A stretch of DNA of 35,180 bases, from positions 48,783,385 to 48,818,564 of the forward strand of contig NC_068991.1 in the NCBI RefSeq assembly GCF_001194135.2, given 5' to 3'. The position numbers and the translations under genes are program-made. Source of the DNA: Octopus bimaculoides (Eukaryota). A model generated the notes under the pieces. The model made no database searches. It was not told the DNA's origin and worked only from the letters and a program-made list of their open reading frames with translations. This document shows, piece after piece, positions 23,312-33,229 of the stretch (positions are counted from its first letter, which is position 1; every line of letters starts with the position of its first letter).

Positions 23312-23839
23312 CTACATAACTAGAAAATTTAACTTTTACTCAGTTTTCACATGTTGATGAGATTTCACAGTAAATCTCACTCATTCTCCTTTGGGGGAAT
23401 TATTTACTGATATTTCATTATGGACGCAACTGACGATATTCAAGCAAACTTAACGATTTAATTTAGCAGCCATTTTATTATTACTTTTTCAATTTTATAT
23501 ATTTTTTGCTTTAATTTTCGACAAAGCAAAGGTAATTTAGCATCTAAATCAATATGTTTATATCAAAATTAATTCTTAATTGAAGTTCAAAATGATATAT
23601 TATGAATCAGTAATAAGTTATAATGTAAACGTTTAAGAGGAATGTAAAAATCTGTGTGGATACGGAGTGATCCAATATATTAAAGATATATTGTACTCCA
23701 GTCACCCACACAATGCATGCTAAAATATTCGGAAATCCTTTGGTTACGCAATGGAAAAACAACTCCACAGCAATCACGGGCAACGAAAGAAAGTATCAAC
23801 GCTTAATTACTATAATTTTGTTTTCATTACTATCAACTT

Positions 23840-24000
23840 AAGGCGGCGAGCGAATAGATCATTAGCACACCAAACAAAGTGCTTAACAGTATTTCGTCCG
23901 TCTCTGTGAGTTCAAATTTCACCGAAATTGACTTTGTCTATCTTCCTCAAGTACCAGTTGCGCACTGAGGTCGATGTAATCGACTTCCCTGTTCCTTTAC
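23840..24000 (+). mobile_element. tRNA-derived SINE, second family (AAGGCGGCGAGCTGGCAG head)
   Basis: AAGGCGGCGAG...GTGAGTTCAAATTTCACCGAAATTGACTTTG...AAGTACCAGTTGCGCACTGAGGTCGATGTAATCGAC; homologous to 24830-25065. Confidence 0.75.
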
Positions 24001-24044
24001 AATCGCTGACCATGAACTAAAACTTGAAACAATGATTGGCTGAC

Positions 24045-24395
24045 TTACGGCGGTGATCTGGCAGTATTGGTAGCATGCTGGACATAATATCTAATGATAT
24101 TTTCTTTTGCTCTTCATTTTCTGAGTTCAAATCCTGCTGAGTTGAACTTAGTTTTCCAATCTATATGCATCAGTAAAATAAAGTATCACGACAAATTGTA
24201 GATTGATTTACTCGGGCAAACTACATCTCCACATCCGTAAATTCCAGGCCTTGTAGCTAAGTCACAAACAATTTTGGGGCGACTTATCGCGGTGGATAAC
24301 AGAATCGATACTGCACCGGAGAAATTAACTTGCGATATTTAGTGTTAAACAAAGTTTCGAATTGAAATCATTTCGGTACCGATTTTGCCTTTCAC
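24045..24395 (+). mobile_element. Two older copies or fragments of the second SINE family
   Basis: GGCGGTGATCTGGCAG...CTGAGTTCAAATCCTGCTGAG...CCAGGCCTTG (24045-24270) and a fragment ending GATTTTGCCTTTCA (24280-24395). Confidence 0.55.
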
Positions 24396-24742
24396 ATTCA
24401 GTCCCACTGCGTGACAACTTGGGCAAATGTCTTCTACTATAGCGTCGGGCCGACCAAAGCCTTGTGAGTGGATTTGGTTGACGGAAACTGAAAGAAGCCC
24501 ATCGTATATATGTATATATATTTATGTGTGTGTGTGTATGTTTGTGTGACTGTGTTTGTTCCCCTAGCATTGCTTTTCAACCGATGCTGATGTGTTTATG
24601 TCCTCGTCACTTAGCGGTTCCGCAAAAGAGACCGATACATTAAGTACTAGGCTTACAAAGAATATGTCCCGGGGTGGATTTGCTCGACTAAAGGCAGTGC
24701 TCCAGCATGGCCGCAGTCAAATGACTGAAACAAGTAAAGAGT
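24396..24742 (+). mobile_element. CORE-type SINE, nearly complete body
   Basis: TTCAGTCCCACTGCGTGACAACTTGGGCAAATGTCTTCTACTATAGC..., an internal (TG/TA)n, then GCTCCAGCATGGCCGCAGTCAAATGACTGAAACAAGTAAAGAGTA. Confidence 0.85.
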
Positions 24743-24829
24743 ATACATGTATATGTGCCCGCGTATGTGTTTATATGCATATGCATATTGTGGATTTTCT
24801 TTGTATTAGGATTCTTGAGTTCAGCACAT

Positions 24830-25065
24830 TTTTCTTACTTCTTTATTGCCCTCATAGGGCTAAACATAGAGGGTACAAACAAGGACAGACAAAGGGATTA
24901 AGTCGATTACATCGAATCCAGTACACAACTGGTACTTAATTTATCGACCCCGAAAGGATGAAAGGCAAAGTTGACCTCGGCAATTTGAACTCAGAACGTA
25001 ACGGCAGACGAAATACCGTTAAGCATTTCGACCGGTGTGCTAACATTTCTGCCAGCTCGCCGCCT
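24830..25065 (-). mobile_element. tRNA-derived SINE, second family, well-preserved copy
   Basis: Reverse complement reads AGGCGGCGAGCTGGCAGAAATGTTAGCAC...CTGAGTTCAAATTGCCGAGGTCAACTTTGCCTTTCATCCTTTCGGGGTCGATAAATTAAGTACCAG. The central GCCTTTCATCCTT..GGTCGATAAA motif resembles conserved SINE central domains (Deu/Nin/Meta type); the exact family was not verified. Confidence 0.85.
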
Positions 25066-25228
25066 ATCTCTTTAGTACAACAGGGGTCACCACCACCCCT
25101 GCCGGAGCCTCGTGGAGCTTTAGGTGTTTTCGCTCAATAAACACACACAACGCCCGATCTGGGAATCGAAACCGCGATCTTCCGACCGCGAGTCCGCTGC
25201 CCTATCCACCGGGCTATTACGCCTCCAC
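25066..25228 (-). mobile_element. tRNA-derived SINE (Arg-like head), 3'-truncated
   Basis: Reverse complement reads GTGGAGGCGTAATAGCCCGGTGGATAGGGCAGCGGACTCGCGGTCGGAAGATCGCGGTTTCGATTCCCAG; homologous to 21345. Confidence 0.8.
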
Positions 25229-25718
25229 TCATTTCAGCAAATTATTCTTTTAACCAATTTTTTGTCTCTTCCCTTTTGGAATATCTTTTTTTTGCGTTCT
25301 GACACTTATTAGGCAATAAAGAAATTCTTCAGTTATCTACGGTTCGCCTTTCTATTACTCTTTCTCTGGTAACTTGTTTATTACATGTATTACACTATTC
25401 TATTTTACATCAAATTTTCTTTCCTCTCTCCGTTTTTTCTCTTGTCTCTCTATTCTTTTCATATTATGTTGTTGATGCTCTTCTCCCTCACATTCTGTCT
25501 CATAACTACCGCCCAAGCTTTTATGATCTAGTTCTGCTTCCTCTCAAATAATTATATTTCCTAGCACTAATAAACGTACCACATTTGTCTATATTCCATT
25601 GAGGAGGGAAGCCGGAACCTCGGAACTGTTATACACCTCGCTTGGATATTTACCACTTCCGTGGTTCCGCTCGCTATGAGACTTATGTACCCCGGATCTT
25701 ATCTATTCCATTCCTTAA

Positions 25719-25753
<35 letters not shown>

Positions 25754-25964
25754 NNNNNNNNNNNNNNNNNNNNNNNNNNNNNNNNNNNNNNNNNNNNNNN
25801 NNNNNNNNNNNNNNNNNNNNNNNNNNNNNNNNNNNNNNNNNNNNNNNNNNNNNNNNNNNNNNNNNNNNNNATACATAGATATATTCACATATATGTATAT
25901 ACACGTAATCTCGCATAATTATCTAATATTTTCTCGCATTGTATATGTTTCCGATTCCCCCTCC

Positions 25965-26350
25965 CACTATATCTTCTCATAAAATTCATTAACTGTTTTT
26001 TTTTCTTGTTATTTACTTGAATAGTAGAAAATACGTTGAATTGCTATGTAAAAGATATACGCAATTGCTAGGAAAATGTCATTGATAATGGTCATTGTAA
26101 TTGTCAGCAGCTAAATCAAATGTTAATCTTCCTTATCATTACATTTTTTTCCCATGTCAGCGTTGTATGGCGGCGTATATTCTGGACTATTCCAGGCTAG
26201 CAGTACCTAACCTATGATTAATATCTTCATGACGTTTTATATTATATTATGCATCAAATATCAATGTTGTTCTGTGGATATTTCCTGGAACGTTGAACAA
26301 AATCTTTTTTGTATCTGATTTCAAACCCTCCCTTCTTTTATAGCAGAAAA
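25965..26350 (+). repeat. Left arm of a ~380-bp inverted duplication
   Basis: Aligns by eye with the reverse complement of 28085-28512. The core (~26090-26220) is roughly 90% identical and the flanks are clearly more diverged. Confidence 0.9.
26161..26217 (+). CDS. Candidate short exon, product unknown (RCMAAYILDYSRLAVPNL* or ALYGGVYSGLFQASST*)
   Basis: Follows the strong acceptor TTTTTTTCCCATGTCAG. No indels relative to the paralog at 28257-28313, and stop positions are conserved in all three frames. The reading frame cannot be determined. Confidence 0.35.
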   Translation, partial: RCMAAYILDYSRLAVPNL

Positions 26351-26562
26351 TATCATTCAATTTAATAAGAAAAGAATGAAAACAAAACACAGGAAGATAA
26401 AGCTAATATGAAAGTATTCAAATAATTCAAACTAAGACGGTTCGTTCACTATTATATCCAGTAATTTACTGCATCGTGTACCAAAAATACTAATATATAT
26501 GTTATGGTCGGTGTCTCTCCAATGTTCTGTAACAAACTGTTATTTCCTTTTGCTTGGTTACA

Positions 26563-26672
26563 TGGTTAAATATTGCGCATTGTTGATAATGATTGCTCTA
26601 GTAATAACCACAACAAATAAACTATCCGTTGAAAGCAGTGGAAATGGAACATGGAATAAATCCTCCCAGAAG
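26563..26672 (+). CDS. Candidate signal-peptide or TM-encoding exon (MVKYCALLIMIALVITTTNKLSVESSGNGTWNKSSQK)
   Basis: ATG, a basic residue and a hydrophobic stretch, ending AAG|GTACAT (possible donor). No homology recognised. Confidence 0.25.
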
Positions 26673-27384
26673 GTACATATTACTTCATCATACCGTGCAT
26701 TCTATTTCTCAATACAAATACTTCCTTAGTGTGGGTGTCAGTAAAATAGATACACTATCAATATAATGAGATCAATTTCCTCGTTATTATTTCCGCTATT
26801 AAGAAGAACGTCTTATGACTAGTGAAGAAAAATAATCCTAAGTTAAGCTGCTTCATTTTATAAATAGATTGATAGATTAGAAAATAGCTTTAAAAATCTC
26901 AAACACTAAGAAGGCATGAAAATAGTGAAATTAACGGATTACCCGCCTCCTACAAAATATTCAAAATAATAAAACTGTAAATTGAGTAAAGGATTCAAGT
27001 ATAATTATAATTATATGGAACAGAAAGAAATCGAAATACCCTTAAAATGTTACAAAATAAAATGAATGATTAAATGTTTGTGAGAAACACTGAGAACAAT
27101 CTGGAAAATAAAATAATTGTTAAGGGCTGGAATTAATAATGAGAATCAATCGTTTCAATATTAACAATTTTTCCAGGCAGTTTCATGTGAAAGCGACTTC
27201 TTTAAAAGATGAAATATTTTAACTGATGTATATTTTGCTTCACTAGTTTTAAGAAAATTCAACAGTCATAGTGGGGCCTTTATAAAGGAATTGGATTCCA
27301 GTAACTTGATAGCACCTACTTCAGTTACAGGGCTCGAACTAATAGTTCGTTATGGCAAAAGGTGAACTATTTGAGGGGAGGAGC

Positions 27385-27530
27385 AAGCCTATTCCATACA
27401 CCAACTTATTATAACTACTTAAAGGATTAAAGGCAAGGCCGGTCTTGGTGGAATTTGAACGTAAAGAAAAAATGCAGTTGAACATTTTTGTTTGATGTGC
27501 TGACAATTCGGTCAATTCGCTACCTTAATC
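27385..27530 (-). mobile_element. Degenerate SINE, second family
   Basis: AAAGGATTAAAGGCAAGGCCGGTCTTGGTGGAATTTGAAC...TGCTGACAATTCGGTCAATTCGCTACCTT parallels 24950-25065. Confidence 0.6.
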
Positions 27531-28084
27531 CTCAAACTAATAACGGACTCCTATATGTTAGCTCAACATTCTAGAAACAACAGCCAAATTTCCCTAATAT
27601 TACAACATGCTGTTATAAAAAAGGGAATGATATATTTTCAAAATAGATCTCCAGTTATACAAAAACATTTCTTTAATTCACCGTAAGTCTGTTTGATGAA
27701 CACTGATTGCAGAGAAACGGCAGTAACGCTCTGGGAGCTACGAGTATATTTGACCTGCGGCACGAAAGTAGTTGAGAATGATGTGATACGCAACTTCTTT
27801 AAAACTTTACAAATGCGCACCAAGTTCCACCATTCTTATATTGGCTGCTTTTCATTTTGGTTGCTGCTGGAATAATCATTCACGGCAATGTTCAATATTT
27901 AAGCGTACAAGCAGGTAAAAAGAAATTATGGTTTGTTATAGAAATGTGGACAGTAAGTGTACATAACTTTTATGATATTTGCTTTGTGGGTACTCGGTGC
28001 AGCAAATTACAGTATACAATAGTAAAGGAAAAATCTTATTTAGATTTATTTGAATACATTGATTTTTAGCTTTTATTTTATTTT

Positions 28085-28512
28085 TTCTTATAAAAACAGA
28101 AGGACAGAACATGAGGTGAGGGTTATTTGTCTGCCCTAAAGGAGGAAACGTTCTGAAATTAGATACAACAAAAGATTTTGTTAACCGTTTCAGCGAACAT
28201 CAACTGAACAGCATCGATATTTGATGTACAATATAAAACGGCATGAAAGATATAAATCATAGGTTAGCTACTGCTAGACTGGAATATTCCAGAATATACG
28301 CCGCCATACATTGCTGACATGGGAAAAAATGTAATGATGTAGAAGATAACGTTTGATTTAGCTGCTGACAATTACAATGACCACTATTAATGAAGTTTCC
28401 ATAGAAAAATTGTGCTTGTTATTTTCATCACAATTCAACGTGGAATTCTATTATCCGAGTAGATAACAAAAATGAACACATAATGAAACCTATGAATAGA
28501 AGAAATAGTGCA
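28085..28512 (-). repeat. Right arm of the inverted duplication
   Basis: Reverse complement matches 25965-26350 with small indels. Confidence 0.9.
28257..28313 (-). CDS. Paralogous candidate exon (QCMAAYILEYSSLAVANL* or AMYGGVYSGIFQSSSS*)
   Basis: Same acceptor on the minus strand; 5 of 57 nt differ from 26161-26217. Confidence 0.35.
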   Translation of the reverse strand, partial: QCMAAYILEYSSLAVANL

Positions 28513-28867
28513 GAAAATTGAAAAAAAAAAAAACCTTACAATGTAGGATAATGTAAAAACAAATAATCGAAAAGTACTAACCACAACTGAACTAATGCAT
28601 TATAATGGAAAATTATCCAATCAGAAAGTTCCAAAGTATTTAATGTGAAATAGAAAAGGCCCAATCATTTCTTATTTATTATTCAGTGTATTGTTAAAAA
28701 GATATATGAAACTTTTATAAAATATCAGTTTAACAGTACAAATGTGTAGTAATCAGAAATATTTTTTAACTATATTAAAAAGATTTTTTGCTTATTTTGG
28801 ATTTTAGTAGAATATTATTTTATTTTTCTGTGATGCCGATAAGTTTAAGAACATCGTAAAATAATAT

Positions 28868-29022
28868 AGGTTAGAAATTCGGGGGTGAGGTAAGTCGATT
28901 ACGTCGACCCCAGTGCTCAGCTGGTACATATTTTATCGACTCTGAACGGTATAGTTCGACCTCGGCAGAATTTGAACTAAGACGTATGAAATGCTGCTAG
29001 GCATTTTGTCCGGTGTGCTAAT
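28868..29022 (-). mobile_element. SINE, second family
   Basis: AAGTCGATTACGTCGACCCCAGTGCTCAGCTGGTAC...TTTATCGAC...GACCTCGGCAGAATTTGAAC...CCGGTGTGCTAA parallels 24900-25045. Confidence 0.75.
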
Positions 29023-30138
29023 TGTATGTGTTAGATACAGCAAGTAAATTGATGATATCTTAGATGATAATATGTTGATTCCTGAAACAGTGTAACGACC
29101 TTCATCAACAGTAACCATAAAACTTTATCGAAAAACGGATATTATAATATTGATGATTTCATCTGCATTATTATTGTGGAGAATCAGTTATTGGCCTGTA
29201 AATGGATAAGCTGTTTACGTTTTATTTGTTATATCGAAATTAAGTATCACCCTCGACTTTCTTCATTTTTTAATGACGATATGAATTAATGGAATAACGT
29301 ATGTGGTCAGCACATTCTGTATGACACTGAAACAAATTCCAGTAACGGTGAGTGAACTTGTTATTCTAGAACCAAAATATTGAATTGTTATCCAATCCAC
29401 CATTAGAGGCACTCCAGCAAAGAATTAACGAAAGAAAGCAAAATCTTGCATCTTACATCAATGGGAGACATTATTTCACATGAACACACACACACATACA
29501 CAAACACGTACACGCAATGCACACACACACTCATATATATGCACATATACATACACATATATGTACATATAACAAACATATATATATGTATACATACTCT
29601 ACTCTCCCTCTCTCTCTCAATTTCTGTCACTCTCTCCCTTCCTGTATAAATATATATATCTGCGCGTATATGTTCATGCGTGTGTGTGTAACATTAATGC
29701 ATAATGAAATTGAGTGATATTTAGAAATAAAATTCAGATATATTCTATCAATTTATATTTATTCATGTAATTTCATTATATTGTTAGATAACATATTTTG
29801 CAGAATGTATCATTTGTCTTTTCAAGAACATCTTGTTTTTGTCTAATTTCTGATATGCAAGTAAAATGACGTTGAAACTTTTCGAGAATTTTAGCAGATG
29901 GCTCGAAGACATTATATGACAGCATGACAGCAATATACATTATGAAAGTTTCGAATTCATTTCAATAAACCGAATAATTGTTGATGATGTTGATCAACCA
30001 GATATATAAGCTGTATATACATTCTGATGGGTAAAAATAAGCTTCAGAATGGTAAAGTGATAACTTATTAAAAACGATATATATATATATATTTCCAAAT
30101 CTCTTAAAGAGAGACATTCAGTAACAGTTATTTAATGT

Positions 30139-30330
30139 AAAGGGACGATGTTATTGTTGCTTTAGCCACAAAAACATCGTTTCTAACTGGCTATACGACA
30201 TACTATTTTTGTGTTCGAAAATATAAGGACACAGACAGTATTTCGTACAGTTAGCTAGAGACGATGGTTTTTGTGGCTAAAAGAATAGTAACATCGTCCT
30301 TTCCAAAACAACACATTATGTTGGCAAATG
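30139..30330. mobile_element. Second palindromic foldback element related to 8836-9061
   Basis: Arms AAAGGGACGATGTTA...TTTAGCCACAAAAACATCG and CGATGGTTTTTGTGGCTAAA...TAACATCGTCCTTT are reverse complements. It shares the core TTCGAAAATATAAGGACACA and AGACGATG with the 8836 element. Confidence 0.75.
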
Positions 30331-30381
30331 GCCTTTCCTTATATATGTGTGTGTATGTGTGTTTGTATGTGTGTGTTTGTA

Positions 30382-30418
<37 letters not shown>

Positions 30419-30434
30419 GTGTAAGTACACACTA

Positions 30435-30752
30435 ACTGGCACTCCGTTGGTTACAGCAACGACATTTCAAGTTGATCCAATCAACGGCCTCGTGAAATTA
30501 ACATACAACTGGCTGAGCACTGCAGAGGAACACATACCTCTTAACGTAGTTCTCAGAGAGATTCAGCGTGACACAGAATGAGACAAAGCTAGTCTTTTGA
30601 AATACAGGTACTATTCATTTTTGCCAGATGATTGGACAGGAACAACTTGAAATACGTGTCTTGCTCAAGGGCAAAACGAGCCGACAGGAATCATACTCAC
30701 GTGCTTACGATCGTGAGCTGAATACACCAACTTCTAAGCTACGCGCCTTCAT
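30435..30752 (-). mobile_element. Near full-length tRNA-derived SINE with a CCCTTGAGCAAGACAC central motif
   Basis: Reverse complement reads GAAGGCGCGTAGCTTAGAAG...CGTGAGTATGATTCC...GCCCTTGAGCAAGACAC...TACCTGTATTTCAAA...AACGGAGTGCCAGTTAG. Confidence 0.75.
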
Positions 30753-30852
30753 AAATGCACACACACACACACACACATACACACACACACACACACACAC
30801 GCACACACATACATACATACATACATACATACATACATACATACATAAAAAA

Positions 30853-31064
30853 GAGAAATCTGCAGTTACTTTAGCCCGTTTACAAGTTCACGCTTATACC
30901 TGTTATTATTGGGGCACTGGAGTATGTAACACGCTATCTAAATACCAATCTTGAGAAATTAGGCTTCTCAAAACCAGAAAGGAGAAAGCTAATTCGAAGA
31001 CTGCAGATCCAATCCATCACTGGAATCGTAAAAATCTGTAAAACTTTCCAGAAGTTTATCATTT
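30853..31064 (+). mobile_element. RLE-type (R4/Dong-like) retrotransposon 3' fragment, copy A
   Basis: RNLQLL*PVYKFTLIPVIIGALEYV...LEKLGFSKPERRKLIRRLQIQSITGIVKICKTFQKFII*; highly similar to 32070-32282. Confidence 0.85.
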
Positions 31065-31500
31065 AGAAATCTGCAGTTACTCTATCCAAATTACAAATAC
31101 AGGTTTATACCTGTAATTACTGGGGCCCTGGGATATATAACACATTGCCTAAATACCAATCTTGAGAAATTAAGCTTCTCAAAACCAGAAAGGAGAAAAC
31201 TAATTCGAAGTCTACAGATCCAATCCATCACTGGAACTGTAAAAAGCTATAAAGCTTTCCAGAAGTGTATCATTTAAATATATATGATCATGTCTAGATA
31301 TGCAACTATATGGATGAGAATACATGCATAAAACATACAAATCTGCACATACATACATACATACATACATGCATACATACAATAATGCCCTGTTTTTGAT
31401 GTTGAATTTCCATTGTAGGAACCTTGGATCTAGGTTAAAAACCGGTTCTTTCTCTATTGGCAAGAAATCTTGAAATAAACTGAATAGTGACGTACATACA
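31065..31500 (+). mobile_element. RLE-type retrotransposon 3' fragment, copy B, with 3' UTR
   Basis: A more diverged version of the same C-terminus plus a 3' UTR ending GAATAGTGACG-TACATACA. Confidence 0.85.
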
Positions 31501-32504
31501 ATGTATTATCAAATGGAAGGATGAGCATATGTGTGCAGAACATCAAGCATGGATATGTCAGCAGAAAGCTCCGAGATGATAGTAACATTGATCATTAAAG
31601 TAGTCTATCATGGACCAATAACCAGATTACTACGTCCCACGTTGAAGGGTATGTGTTTGCAATCCAGGAGCAGGATTACCTGATACTCAAAAGGGATAGA
31701 GATGCAGGAAAAACAGTAAAATGTGACAACCGATGCAGACTTTGTGGAGTTAACACTCAAGATATCACCCACATCATAAGCAGTTGTCCAAAAATGTCAT
31801 CACAGTATTATCTACTGATGAGACATGATGTAGCTAGGACTCTATAAAATGAATTCTGTCGAAAGGATAACCGTGAGGACAAAGAAATAAGTACCCACAG
31901 TATGGTAGAAGCTATAGCCACTCACAATAAAAAGGTGTACTGGTGGAATAACCCAGTGAAAATCTCTTAAAATGACATAATGATTTGGAATAGAGAAGAG
32001 AAACTGTGTAGAGATGTTAACATAAGGTTGAAGATCAGTGAAAAAGAGAATACCCACACTGAACTGTTGAGAAATCTGCAGCTACTCTAACCAGTTTACA
32101 AGTTCAGGCTTATACCTGTTATTATTGGGGCACTGGGGTATGTAAAACGCTGTCTAAATACCAATCTTGAGAAATTAGGCTTCTCAAAACCAGAAAGGAG
32201 AAAGCTAATTCGAAGACTGCAAATCCAGTCCATCACTGGAATCGTAAAACTCTGTAAAACTTTCCAGAAGTTTATCATTTAAATATATATGAGCATATCT
32301 AGATATGCAACTATATGCATGAGAATACATACATGAAACTAAACATACAAATCTGCACATATACATACATATATACATACATACATACAAAATACCCTGT
32401 TGGAGTTGAAATTCCAATGAAGGAGTCTTGGCTCTAGGTTAGAAACCGGTTCCTTCTCTAATGTCGAGAAATCTCGAAATAAAACAGAATAATGACGTAC
32501 ATAC
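31501..32504 (+). mobile_element. RLE-type (R4/Dong-like) retrotransposon 3' fragment, copy C
   Basis: HGYV...SLSW...SHVEGYVFAIQEQ...CRLCGVNTQDITHIISSC (CCHC knuckle)...RHDVA...WWN.P...DIMIW...EKEN...L.RNLQLL...PVIIGALG...LQIQSITG...*. The PD..D/ExK core is partly deleted. The 3' UTR ends GAATAATGACG-TACATAC. Confidence 0.9.
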
Positions 32505-33229
32505 TGACTGGCTGACTGACTGAATGACTGGTATGCTTTGCTTACTTTTAGATAAAGGGGTTCTAGATTACTGATCTTCCGGTAGGTGAAACTGTTCAAC
32601 AATCTGGGCGCGCAAGCCACCAGGCTAGAACAACTATGCATATAGTTGCCCAAAGCAGTGACAGAAAATAAACGAAGTTTAGCTCTTTTCACAAATGAAT
32701 AAACAGTAATTACCGATTTGCTTTTATTTTCTTTTTTCTTCTATTTTTTATAAAGCTAAAGCTTTCTAGTCAGCTCAAGATTCTCTCCCTTGTTATTTGG
32801 TTCTGAAAGCAGGTAACAAGATAGAAACACATGAGTGCTTAAACAAGCTAAGAACACACCTATCAGTCCGCAAAGGCCAGTTTTAAGCTGACAATTGAGT
32901 TCTTACACAATTTTACCCACAACTCGGATTTTTCTGCATGGTAACATGAAGTAAAATAGACTTTACAAGTTGAAATATGTCCCAAACATACTTGAACGAA
33001 CCTAAAGTTTATTTTCTGCCACTGCTCTGCGCACCTACTTATGTGTACATGCGTACATACATACATACATACATACATACGCACATACATACATGCAAAG
33101 TGGCATTTGAATTATGTACTGCGCGGTAAAACTTACAAATTTAAGCTGACTCCGTATGCCACAGCACTATTTTCTTCGCAAATTTAGTTACAAATTTCAA
33201 TGTAATCATAATTCTTTCTACTATAAGTG

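Larger units (their letters stand above)
828..25870. other. Nine assembly gaps (N runs)
   Basis: 828-955, 4945-5208, 5986-6610, 9476-10140, 11414-12207, 14472-14747, 19581-20187, 21070-21307, 25754-25870. Confidence 0.99.

Noticed and set aside
639-25918. Long ORFs in the supplied track that span N runs or read YIYI/CVCV/THTH
   Set aside because: They are artefacts of untranslatable gaps and dinucleotide microsatellites.
28325-28385. C/D-box snoRNA (ATGATG...CTGA with TGTAA/TTACA stem) in the conserved inverted core
   Set aside because: Only ~25 nt separate the boxes, the C box is imperfect in both copies and there is no obvious guide.
25965-28512. Autonomous DNA transposon between long TIRs
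   Set aside because: No transposase or other TE coding remnant was found in the 1.7-kb interior and no TSD was seen. It remains only as an alternative hypothesis in the findings.
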